Assembly: GCA_013166775.1 (NCBI GenBank)
Contig: JABLTJ010000040.1
Coordinates: 1 to 25,269, forward strand
Reading direction: 5' to 3'
Length of the DNA: 25,269 bases
Origin: Promethearchaeati archaeon
Lineage (GTDB): Archaea > Asgardarchaeota > Heimdallarchaeia > Heimdallarchaeales > Heimdallarchaeaceae
This document shows, one piece after another, positions 8,831 through 17,129 of this stretch (position 1 is the stretch's first letter; every line of letters starts with the position of its first letter). Both the position numbers and the translations under genes were made by a program. The notes under the pieces are model-generated. The model worked only from the letters and a program-made list of their open reading frames with translations. It did not search any database and was not told the DNA's origin.

Positions 8831-9694
8831 ATGTTGAAATCCTTGACGTTCGAAGATGAATATCCACAAGAAATGCTTTTCCTAGAAAATGCAACTAAAG
8901 AATACATTCTGATGTCTGATGAACAGGAAATATTCTGTTATCATTCTATTGATAAGAAAGATTCTAATAAATTTACAATCCTTTTTATTCAAGGATTTGG
9001 ATCTGGTGTCTACTCCTGGACAGATTTGTGGGATGAGTTGAATAAAGAGTTTAATTTAATCGTTTTAGATCCAAGAGATAAAGAAACTGTGAAACTAAAC
9101 AAAAAGAAAAAGTGCACTGTTCAAAGGATAGCTCTGGACATAGCTGAAGTTGCGCATTATTTCAAAATTGATAAAGAAAAACTGATACTTTTCGGATCAA
9201 GCATCGGAGCTTCTTATATTGCTAATAGTTTAAGAAGAAGATTAATTGACCCAAAATGCTGTTTTTTTGCTGGACCATCAGTAAAACCTAGAAATCCAAA
9301 GTTTTTACTTAAACTAGCAATAATTCTTCCATCCAACATTGTAGATATAGTTGGTAAATTTGTAGGAAGAAAGTATCTAAGAAACAAAGTAGCTGAGGGA
9401 TTTCAGAGAAAAGTATTCTATAAAAGACTTGAGAAAATTGATGTTAGGAGATGGAAAAGATGTATTAGAATCCATAATTATATTGCAGATGAGGACTTTA
9501 ACGCAATAGAATGTCCAGTTTATATAATAACTACAAAGGGAGATAAATATCATCACTTAGAATCAGTTCAAGAAGTACATGAACTAATTGAGAACAGTAC
9601 GATTGTGGACGTACCTAGTTATGAATATTATCACACAAAACCAGGAGTGATGGAATTTACAGAACGTATTTCTAAACTAATTTATGAACGATAA
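8831..9694 (+). CDS. Alpha/beta hydrolase, paralog 2
   Basis: FIQGFG, LDPR, GSSIG nucleophile elbow, DKYH and YYHT; clearly similar to 6938..7816. ATG at 8831 chosen because the track's 8708 start overlaps DegV. Confidence 0.82.
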   Translation: MLKSLTFEDEYPQEMLFLENATKEYILMSDEQEIFCYHSIDKKDSNKFTILFIQGFGSGVYSWTDLWDELNKEFNLIVLDPRDKETVKLNKKKKCTVQRIALDIAEVAHYFKIDKEKLILFGSSIGASYIANSLRRRLIDPKCCFFAGPSVKPRNPKFLLKLAIILPSNIVDIVGKFVGRKYLRNKVAEGFQRKVFYKRLEKIDVRRWKRCIRIHNYIADEDFNAIECPVYIITTKGDKYHHLESVQEVHELIENSTIVDVPSYEYYHTKPGVMEFTERISKLIYER

Positions 9695-9762
9695 ATATTC
9701 CAATTTAAGCATTTTTTACAAGTAAATTTATAAGATAGTCTGTGAGTAACGGAACGTTAATC

Positions 9763-11247
9763 ATGAGTTTGGTTGAAAAAACAAGTAAAAAAAATGTTTT
9801 ACTCTTTTCGTTCTATGATATTGCAAATACTGTTTATTCGCAAATTATTCAATCAACGATTATACTTAGGTATATCCAAATTATAGGACAAAAAGAACGG
9901 GGAATGAGTTATGATCAAGCTTATATGGTTTTTACTACAATCCAAGCATTAAGCCAAATTCTAGTAATTGCTCTAATACCCTTAATAGGAGCTATGATAG
10001 ATAGAACAGGAAGGAAAAAACCATTTGTTATAACTATCACAGGTGTTACACTAATTTCTACAGCTTTATTCTGGATACGGAAAAATATAGCAATCGTTAT
10101 GACGTTATTTATCTTAGCAAATCTTGCTTACTGGGCTGCATTATCAGCTTATGATGCAATGATACCTGCATTATCCGCTGAAAAAGATATAGGAAAAACG
10201 TCAGGTGTCGCAATGGGATTAGGTTGGATAAGTATAATCCCTGCATTAGGCATAACACTCTTAGCAGCATGGAAATGGGGAGAACCAAACGCAGATCCAA
10301 ATGCTGTAAATGAATTTGGTGAAGCAATTCCATTGGAATATGGATATTATGATGTTCCTTGGACATACATACTGACGGTACTACTTTTCATAGTATTTAT
10401 GATACCGTTCTTTTTCTCAAAAGAGAAAACAAGAAAAGGTAAAATGCCTAAATTCAAGGAACTCATGAGTGATTCTTTTGGACAGCTTTATCGAACTTTT
10501 AGAGATGTTCGAAAACACAAAGAGATGTTCAAATTCATAATAGGTTACTTCTTCATAGTAGATGTTGCTAACACGGCAAATCTGGTACTACTTAATGTAC
10601 TGCGGGATGCAGTTGGTTTTGGTGAATCTCAATCATTGATTCTTGAGATACCAGTAGTAGCGCTTGCAATTTTCATTATCCCATTAATAGGCTGGTTAGG
10701 AGATAAAATTGGACCAAAGTCAACTATATGGTCTGTTGCAGGATTATATTTTGTAGGTTTCATCTGTGGTATTTGCGCTATTTGGTTTGGAGGAAAGAAC
10801 ATTGATGTTGGCTTCAATCTGCTATTCATCCTGTGTTTATTCATGATGATTGGAGTTGGAGTTGGATTAGGTTCCACTTGGGTTGTGCAAAGAGTAATGA
10901 TATTGAAACTTGCACCGCCAGACAAAGTAGGAGAATATGTAGGTTTTTCATACATAGCTGGTCGGATGAATGCTGCTGCTGCTATTTTCATATGGGGAGG
11001 TATAATTGCTATCTTCTATCCAATATTTGATGCTAGAGGAACTGATTACAGAACATATTCCGTAGGTCTGATGTTCTTATTAGTTTTGTTAATTATAGGA
11101 CTGATTATAGTCTACTTCGTAAAAGTACCAAAAGATGAAGAAAGGAAAAAATGGGCTGAAGAATACCTGCGAGATGGTATGAGAACTCAAACAGAGAGAG
11201 AAAAAGGAAAAATAGCACCAACTGATGATTCAACTACGGGTGACTAA
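9763..11247 (+). CDS. MFS transporter, UMF1/BtlA/Atg22-like
   Basis: About 12 TM helices; FYDIANTVYS, GAMIDRTGRKK, YDAMIP, GWLGDKIGPK and LAPPDKVGEYVGF motifs. ATG at 9763 lies about 30 nt after TTTATAA (track start is GTG 9742). Confidence 0.87.
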   Translation: MSLVEKTSKKNVLLFSFYDIANTVYSQIIQSTIILRYIQIIGQKERGMSYDQAYMVFTTIQALSQILVIALIPLIGAMIDRTGRKKPFVITITGVTLISTALFWIRKNIAIVMTLFILANLAYWAALSAYDAMIPALSAEKDIGKTSGVAMGLGWISIIPALGITLLAAWKWGEPNADPNAVNEFGEAIPLEYGYYDVPWTYILTVLLFIVFMIPFFFSKEKTRKGKMPKFKELMSDSFGQLYRTFRDVRKHKEMFKFIIGYFFIVDVANTANLVLLNVLRDAVGFGESQSLILEIPVVALAIFIIPLIGWLGDKIGPKSTIWSVAGLYFVGFICGICAIWFGGKNIDVGFNLLFILCLFMMIGVGVGLGSTWVVQRVMILKLAPPDKVGEYVGFSYIAGRMNAAAAIFIWGGIIAIFYPIFDARGTDYRTYSVGLMFLLVLLIIGLIIVYFVKVPKDEERKKWAEEYLRDGMRTQTEREKGKIAPTDDSTTGD

Positions 11248-11336
11248 ACATAAAAATTACTCTTTTTTTCTTTTATTTCTACTATCCTCGATAATATGGA
11301 AATTCTTTTTTAGTTGAATGTCAAAAGACCTATATC

Positions 11337-12383
11337 TTGAAATCCAGCATTGCTTTAAAGAGAGTTCTACAACTTATTTTTATTTTATCTCTAATATTAT
11401 CCTTAATCTCAGGAATGATTAATGCAAAAACTTCTGATACAAATGAAAAGATACAACCATCTCAATCTAATGATTTACTAGTAAGATCTCATCAAACTGA
11501 AATTGATATTTACTCTCCTCAATCATTAATAGTAACTGAAACTTTTTCGATTCAGAATTTGAACACAACAATTACATCCTCTGTAGATCTGTGGCTAAAT
11601 CATTCGCTAAATACACTAGTTGTTGAGGATGTTGAAGGAGCGTTGGATTATGACTGGATTCCTGTTTCTAATGAAACACATTTTGTATCTGTAGACTTTC
11701 GAACACCATTGGAGCAAAACGATACATCCATCTTCAGCATAAGCTACAATCTTGACACAGAATTGATTTTAACTGAAAGTGAACCTTCCTTTTATTCATT
11801 CGAGTTTTACTCAACTATATCTCACTATACAAGAAAATATGCAATGTCAATGATTTTACCCGAACTAAGTTTTATTCATGAGAGTGAAGGAATTTCACCA
11901 TTTTATCCTGCTAATGCAACTCAAATTCTAATAAAGAATAGAATTGTTATATCATGGATTTATAATAATATAAGTCAAGCTTCTGAACCATTTTTCTTAC
12001 TAAGATTCGATGAGCCTATAATTCCAGAAACTGATGAACCCTTCTTTAAATCATCTTTCAATGTGTTCTTAATGGGAATATTTACAGGTATATTTCTAGG
12101 AATAAGTGGAACTTCATGGCTGATTAGGTACAGAGAAAAGAAAGCTATGAAAAAACTGGGAAGAACTCTTTTAACAGATACACAGAAAGCTCTGATAAAG
12201 ATAGTTTATGAGAAAGAAGGAAAAATTTCACAAAGAGATCTATGTGACACAACAGGTTTCTCAAAATCAAAAGTTTCTCGTAATCTTGTACCTCTCGAAA
12301 TGCGAGGATTGATTAGACGAGAAAAATGGGGGAGAACTTATGTAGTTTATCTAACCGATGATGGTAGAACAGTTATAGAGTAA
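11337..12383 (+). CDS. Membrane-anchored winged-HTH protein (COG2512-like): signal/TM, extracellular domain, TM, cytoplasmic MarR-like wHTH
   Basis: N-terminal hydrophobic stretch; about 210 aa with several N-X-S/T sequons (NTT, NHS, NET, NDT, NAT, NIS); TM VFLMGIFTGIFLGISGTSWLI; then LTDTQKALIKIV...ISQRDLCDTTGFSKSKVSRNLVPLEMRGLIRREKWGRT. Confidence 0.85.
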   Translation: MKSSIALKRVLQLIFILSLILSLISGMINAKTSDTNEKIQPSQSNDLLVRSHQTEIDIYSPQSLIVTETFSIQNLNTTITSSVDLWLNHSLNTLVVEDVEGALDYDWIPVSNETHFVSVDFRTPLEQNDTSIFSISYNLDTELILTESEPSFYSFEFYSTISHYTRKYAMSMILPELSFIHESEGISPFYPANATQILIKNRIVISWIYNNISQASEPFFLLRFDEPIIPETDEPFFKSSFNVFLMGIFTGIFLGISGTSWLIRYREKKAMKKLGRTLLTDTQKALIKIVYEKEGKISQRDLCDTTGFSKSKVSRNLVPLEMRGLIRREKWGRTYVVYLTDDGRTVIE

Positions 12384-12534
12384 AAGAAAGAAAAGATTTT
12401 TTTTAAAAGAAACTCCTATTGGATGCTATTTGTTATTAATTGAGCGTTCCTATCAAAGTAATCAAGCTCTAGATAAGTTTCAACTTGTCCTCGATCATCA
12501 ACCCGCTAAATCAGGTTTGATATCGAAGTTGGAA

Positions 12535-12604
12535 GTTTTTCAAATCGTTGCCAACTGTTGCCAACTCGTCTCAAACCGCCGCAAAACCGATTCTTCATTA
12601 ATAA
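12535..12604 (+). promoter_or_regulatory. Helically phased repeat array followed by a TATA-like box upstream of 12633
   Basis: Units GTTTTTCAAATC / GTTGCCAACT / GTTGCCAACTC / GTCTCAAACC / GCCGCAAAACC with CAA cores at 12541, 12552, 12562, 12572 and 12582. TTAATAA at 12598-12604; SD-like GGTGAT at 12624-12629. Confidence 0.6.
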
Positions 12605-12632
12605 CCCTCTGCACTAATAGTATGGTGATAAA

Positions 12633-13688
12633 ATGAAAACAACATACAAGTTTTTCATAGTCGGACTGATTGCAATATTCGTTTTGTCTTCCCTTCCCCC
12701 AACAATTGCACAACCACCAGAAGGGAAAATAGAAAATAGAGAAGGATCAGTCTTCATTGAGACTCCAGATATTAAAGTAAAATTACTAGCTGGTAAACCT
12801 GATATATTTTTCTGGTCAACACAAATGAATCAGAAAAGAAGACAAACAGCGCTATTTCATGTGGGCTTTTATTATTTAGCTGAATTATTCGGTGATGACT
12901 TAGTAATAGATAATAGACAAGAACTTGGTGGTAAGATATATAATCTTGCTTCAAGTGCGGTTGAATGGACATTAGAAATAGAAGAAGATACAGGAGATCC
13001 AAATCATATTATGGCCACTCAAACATCATCAGCTCTTGCAGATGGTGCAACAATTACATTTGTTTATCATATCTATCTTGAAGATACAATAATAACTGAA
13101 ACTCTAGATGATGAAACTGTTACTTATGAAGCTAAGGCATTATCTGAAATTAAATTCGATATTATAGTTAATAATTGGGTTTTCTCCCCTGAAGCAACAG
13201 GATTAGCTTTGCATGTTAAAATTCATGAAATGCAATATAGGCATAGAGTAAGAAAAGGAGAAAGAGTCAACGCTCCAGAAGAAGGTTACAAAATAAATGA
13301 AACTGAATCAGATAGAACAAATCGTTCAACTGAACCTGGGAGATATGGTGTAGAATTTCTTGATGGTGATGATAGAAGAGCTTATTTTGCCTGGACCCCA
13401 GAAGCTGATGTTTTCGATGAAAATGGTACATATATTGAGACTGTACAATGCACTGCTTCGTCTGCAAGTTACGGTTTTGACAATGATTTTGGAAAAGGTA
13501 AAGAATTTGCAAAAGAATTCATCAATTTATTCTTAGTATATCCTAATTATGGTGATGAAAACAAGCTTGTTCATGATCCTGTTATAGGAATAGATGATGC
13601 AAGTGGTGTTAATTCTTCTTGGTTTGCTCTATTTGCACTTCCAATTATTGCATTTGTAGTTTTGGTAAGGAAAAGAAAGAGAGCTTAA
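12633..13688 (+). CDS. Secreted, C-terminally anchored surface protein of unknown function (probably beta-rich)
   Basis: Signal peptide MKTTYKFFIVGLIAIFVLSSLPPTIA; acidic beta-strand-like body with sequons; C-terminal WFALFALPIIAFVVLV-RKRKRA. Confidence 0.8.
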   Translation: MKTTYKFFIVGLIAIFVLSSLPPTIAQPPEGKIENREGSVFIETPDIKVKLLAGKPDIFFWSTQMNQKRRQTALFHVGFYYLAELFGDDLVIDNRQELGGKIYNLASSAVEWTLEIEEDTGDPNHIMATQTSSALADGATITFVYHIYLEDTIITETLDDETVTYEAKALSEIKFDIIVNNWVFSPEATGLALHVKIHEMQYRHRVRKGERVNAPEEGYKINETESDRTNRSTEPGRYGVEFLDGDDRRAYFAWTPEADVFDENGTYIETVQCTASSASYGFDNDFGKGKEFAKEFINLFLVYPNYGDENKLVHDPVIGIDDASGVNSSWFALFALPIIAFVVLVRKRKRA

Positions 13689-13809
13689 TAACTCTCTTCT
13701 ATTTCTTTTCTATTTAATGAGTATAGGATATTGTCTAGTAGTGTTATAGTAAAATTCTTAACCATATAGAATAAAATTCCTTAATTGTAAAGAAGAGGGA
13801 ATCAATAAT

Positions 13810-14850
13810 ATGAGAAGTAAATCAATAAAATTAATGATACTAGTTCTGGTTGTAACTTCGTTCTCATCTTTTGTACAATCAGGAGAATTCAATGTAAAAG
13901 CACAAAATGAGTCAATAGATCCATGGTATTTTATCGCTTTAGGTGATTCTAGAAATTGGTATGAAAATGAATCAAATCCCTTTAGAGAAGCTATAATAGA
14001 TGATGTTGTGGAAAACAATCCAAACATGGAATTCATTCTACACTCAGGTGATATGGTTCAAAGTGGAGGGGAACAATTAGATTGGGATCGTTATTATGAA
14101 GATATAGATTTAGCAGTTCAGAATGATGTTAAATTCTACTATGCGGTAGGGAATCATGAAATATATACTTATAGGCTTGAAGATGGTTCTTATGGTCCGT
14201 CTCAAACTAATTTCTCAACTTACATGGCAAATGTAGAAATGCCTGGAAATGAAAGATATTACAGTTTCGATTTTAATCAAATACACTTTATTGTAATAAA
14301 TACAGAAGAATTCTGGGATGATGATGATTACTTCTTCGATATTACTACAGAACAAAAAAACTGGATAATTGATGATTTATCTAATGATAACTCTAACTTC
14401 ACAATTGCTCTATTTCATCGACCGATGTATTCTATACGAAGCACTTATAGAGTAGAGAATGCTCAAGAAATAAGTAAAGTTTTAGAACCTATTTTTATAG
14501 AATATGGAGTAGATTTAGTCTTTTCTGGACATGATCATTATTACTATAGGACAACAAGAGACGATATAACACATGTAGTTACAGGAGGATCAGGAGCACC
14601 TTTGTATGATCCTGAAAAAACTGGTCTAGCAATAGAAGGTGATGTTTATTTCGATAAATACCATTATGTGAATGTATCAGTTAAAGATGATGTAATTAAA
14701 CTTGAAACTTTGACTTATACAGGAGACAATATTGAATCTCCATCAATTCAAGATTCTTTTGAAATCAATCTTAATGAAACAGATAAAACAATTTTCTTCC
14801 CAATATTCATCTCTGTAATAATGATCGCACTCTTCAGAAAAAGAAAGTAG
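13810..14850 (+). CDS. Secreted/anchored metallophosphoesterase (purple-acid-phosphatase-like calcineurin fold)
   Basis: GDSR, HSGDMV, GNHE, HRPMY and SGHDHYYYR motifs; signal peptide and C-terminal TM+RKRK. Confidence 0.88.
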   Translation: MRSKSIKLMILVLVVTSFSSFVQSGEFNVKAQNESIDPWYFIALGDSRNWYENESNPFREAIIDDVVENNPNMEFILHSGDMVQSGGEQLDWDRYYEDIDLAVQNDVKFYYAVGNHEIYTYRLEDGSYGPSQTNFSTYMANVEMPGNERYYSFDFNQIHFIVINTEEFWDDDDYFFDITTEQKNWIIDDLSNDNSNFTIALFHRPMYSIRSTYRVENAQEISKVLEPIFIEYGVDLVFSGHDHYYYRTTRDDITHVVTGGSGAPLYDPEKTGLAIEGDVYFDKYHYVNVSVKDDVIKLETLTYTGDNIESPSIQDSFEINLNETDKTIFFPIFISVIMIALFRKRK

Positions 14851-15081
14851 CATTTTCTTCCTTCTCCTTTATTTTTGAACACTTAGCACTATATGCAACA
14901 ATATCAAATTAGTATCAACCAACTCTTCAATAAAGATGATTCTATGAAAATATCTATTGAACACTGTTGAAGGAAGCTTTTTTATACTTCAACATGCTGA
15001 AAAATAATTCTAAAGCACTTAGGAAAGTTTCTAAGAATGTTAGTAGTATAATTTTTATCTCAAGAATAAACTGGAATTGAA

Positions 15082-15900
15082 TCACATATCATTTGAGGGA
15101 ATCGGAGTTCCGTGATTAAATGCCCCATGATATTGGCATACTTCTGCAGCTGATATAGCCGCTCGTTTTAAGGCTTCTTTGATATTTGTTTTCCTAAGAT
15201 ATTCTACTAAAAATCTAGCAATAAAACCATCACCAGCTCCTAAAGTATCTATTATTTCTGCTTCAACTATTGGTTGAAAGTAAAATCGACCATCATATAA
15301 ATATGATCCGGAACTACCTTCAGTACAGATCACAATTTTAAGGCCCTTAGAGTAAAGTTTCTCCATAAATGATTTCATATCATTAATTTTCTTATCTGAA
15401 ATTGAAAAAGTCCCAATGTCAACATATTGTATATTCTCGTTTATATAATTTGTAGTAAATTCATCTGTAAAATCAAAGGAAATTACAGAATCTAGTTTTG
15501 AAAGCTTATCTAAGTATGGTTCCATTCTACTATAATAACTTGTATGAATGAGATTATGTTTTGATAAAAATTCCACATCAGAACTACTAAGCTTAAACAT
15601 TGAACTAGCTCCTTGTCTTACTTTACCAAATTTTCTATCCCCATCACTAAGATAAATTTCAGTATAGTTAGTAACATCTTCTTTAACATGTGTATAAGTG
15701 GTATCAACACCTTCTTCTTCTAAAGAATTAAGAATTAACTTACCATAAATATCATTACCAAGCCATCCAACATAACTAGTTTCTAATCCGTATCTTCTCG
15801 CAAGAACTGCGACATTAACTGCATTTCCACCTGGGTACATCATCCCTTGATTTACATACTTATCCACGGTATTATTCCCTAGTCCTGCTATTTTTAACAT
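15082..15900 (-). CDS. frlD: Fructoselysine 6-kinase (PfkB family)
   Basis: GNNTVDKY..MYPGGNAVNVAV, ISFDF and DTLGAGDGF motifs; coupled to frlB by a TGATG overlap. Confidence 0.8.
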   Translation of the reverse strand: MLKIAGLGNNTVDKYVNQGMMYPGGNAVNVAVLARRYGLETSYVGWLGNDIYGKLILNSLEEEGVDTTYTHVKEDVTNYTEIYLSDGDRKFGKVRQGASSMFKLSSSDVEFLSKHNLIHTSYYSRMEPYLDKLSKLDSVISFDFTDEFTTNYINENIQYVDIGTFSISDKKINDMKSFMEKLYSKGLKIVICTEGSSGSYLYDGRFYFQPIVEAEIIDTLGAGDGFIARFLVEYLRKTNIKEALKRAAISAAEVCQYHGAFNHGTPIPSNDM

Positions 15901-16919
15901 CAGTACTCAACTTCTCCCATATACCTTCTAATGGATTTATCATGACCTGTAGCTTCTGCGAAGTAATCCATTAATCTTCTAGTAGCTGCATCTAGAACAA
16001 TAACTGAGAAATAAGGTCTAATTACAGCATCTATACCTTTTAATTCATAATCTTTAGAGTCAAAATTGATGAATCCTCCACAGTAATTTTCTCCAAATCT
16101 CTTCACTCTCTCTGCTTCTTCTCTATGATCTGTTTCATCAATAAGATTGATAACAGGAAAAGAAACATCTACAAGTTCAAATGGTCCATGAAAAAATTCA
16201 GCAGCGTGTATAGGTGTGACATGAATCCATTGCATTTCCATGAAAGAATTAAAAGCTAGAATATATGCAGAATGAAACATTGGACCTGCTCCAATGACGA
16301 ACATCGATTTCTTTGAAGCAATCTGTTTTGTAACTTCGATAATCTGTTGTTTAGATTGCTTTATTACTGAAAACAGAGCTTCTGGCAAATTCTGTAAAGA
16401 AGAGAGTAGTTTATCATGAATATCCCAGTTTTCAGGTTCAAAAACTACTAGAAATCCACTCACTAAAGCACTTGTAACAATAAATCTAGAATAATCACCA
16501 AGTTTTGTGTCTCCAAAAAGTAATGCTCTCTGTACATTCAAACTTAAAGGGGAATCAGCTAGTCTAGTAATTCCTAGTGTATAACATGTTTTCTTACTGC
16601 AAAATTTGGCAGCTTCAACAATTTCTTGAGTTGTTCCAGAATATGATCCCAAGATTACAACAGTATGATCATCTATGAAGCTAGGATCTTGATTTATTAA
16701 CTCTGCGGGATAATAAGAAAAAGCACGAGTTTGAATGCACTTCTTCTCGATCCAATAAGTAATAGATGACATAATACGATAAGGAGCTCCACAACCAACA
16801 AAAACGAGTTTGTTAAAATTTTTTTCAGCTAATTCTTTACCTAATGTTACAGCTTCATCTATAAGATTTATAGCATCTTTAAGATAGGAGATAAATTGAT
16901 CTTTATCCAATACTTCCAT
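15900..16919 (-). CDS. frlB: Fructosamine (fructoselysine-6-phosphate) deglycase, double SIS domain
   Basis: SYSGTTQE, FMEMQWIH, HAAEFFHGPFE and C-terminal RRYMGEVEY are typical of FrlB. Confidence 0.85.
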   Translation of the reverse strand: MEVLDKDQFISYLKDAINLIDEAVTLGKELAEKNFNKLVFVGCGAPYRIMSSITYWIEKKCIQTRAFSYYPAELINQDPSFIDDHTVVILGSYSGTTQEIVEAAKFCSKKTCYTLGITRLADSPLSLNVQRALLFGDTKLGDYSRFIVTSALVSGFLVVFEPENWDIHDKLLSSLQNLPEALFSVIKQSKQQIIEVTKQIASKKSMFVIGAGPMFHSAYILAFNSFMEMQWIHVTPIHAAEFFHGPFELVDVSFPVINLIDETDHREEAERVKRFGENYCGGFINFDSKDYELKGIDAVIRPYFSVIVLDAATRRLMDYFAEATGHDKSIRRYMGEVEY

Positions 16920-17094
16920 TTGAAATCTGTATGAATCTAAACTGGTCAGACATATAATTTTGTTGCTAGCCCCTACAAAATGATTCTATATCAGAAGTAA
17001 ATAAATTAACGAAATTTCTTCTCCTTTATACCTTTTTTTCTTAGACTTTCTTATCCTTTGAATTAATTATATACTAAATTCTTATAATAGTTTT

Positions 17095-17110
17095 AACTGT
17101 AAAAACAGTT
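17095..17110. promoter_or_regulatory. Palindrome AACTGT-AAAA-ACAGTT between a TATA-like box and the C45 start; candidate operator
   Basis: Perfect 6-bp arms, imperfectly extendable. TTATAATA at 17082-17089; ATG at 17130. Confidence 0.35.
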
Positions 17111-17129
17111 GAATTAAGGATTTGATAAT

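Noticed and set aside
12430-12636. 68-aa ORF spanning the repeat array
   Set aside because: TTG start and no recognisable features. The 10-bp periodicity is out of codon phase and fits a regulatory role better.
13747-13785. Direct repeat TAAAATTC(C)TTAA at 22-bp spacing upstream of the metallophosphoesterase
   Set aside because: AT-only and could be chance or tandem TATA-like elements; unlike the 12535 array.
14965-14994. Inverted repeat TGTTGAAG-N14-CTTCAACA between convergent genes
   Set aside because: May be a terminator hairpin, but it is short and AT-rich; no evidence for an ncRNA or MITE.
16943-16952. TGGTCAGACA, resembling a GntR-family operator upstream of frlB
   Set aside because: Single imperfect 10-mer and no GntR/FrlR gene in the window.
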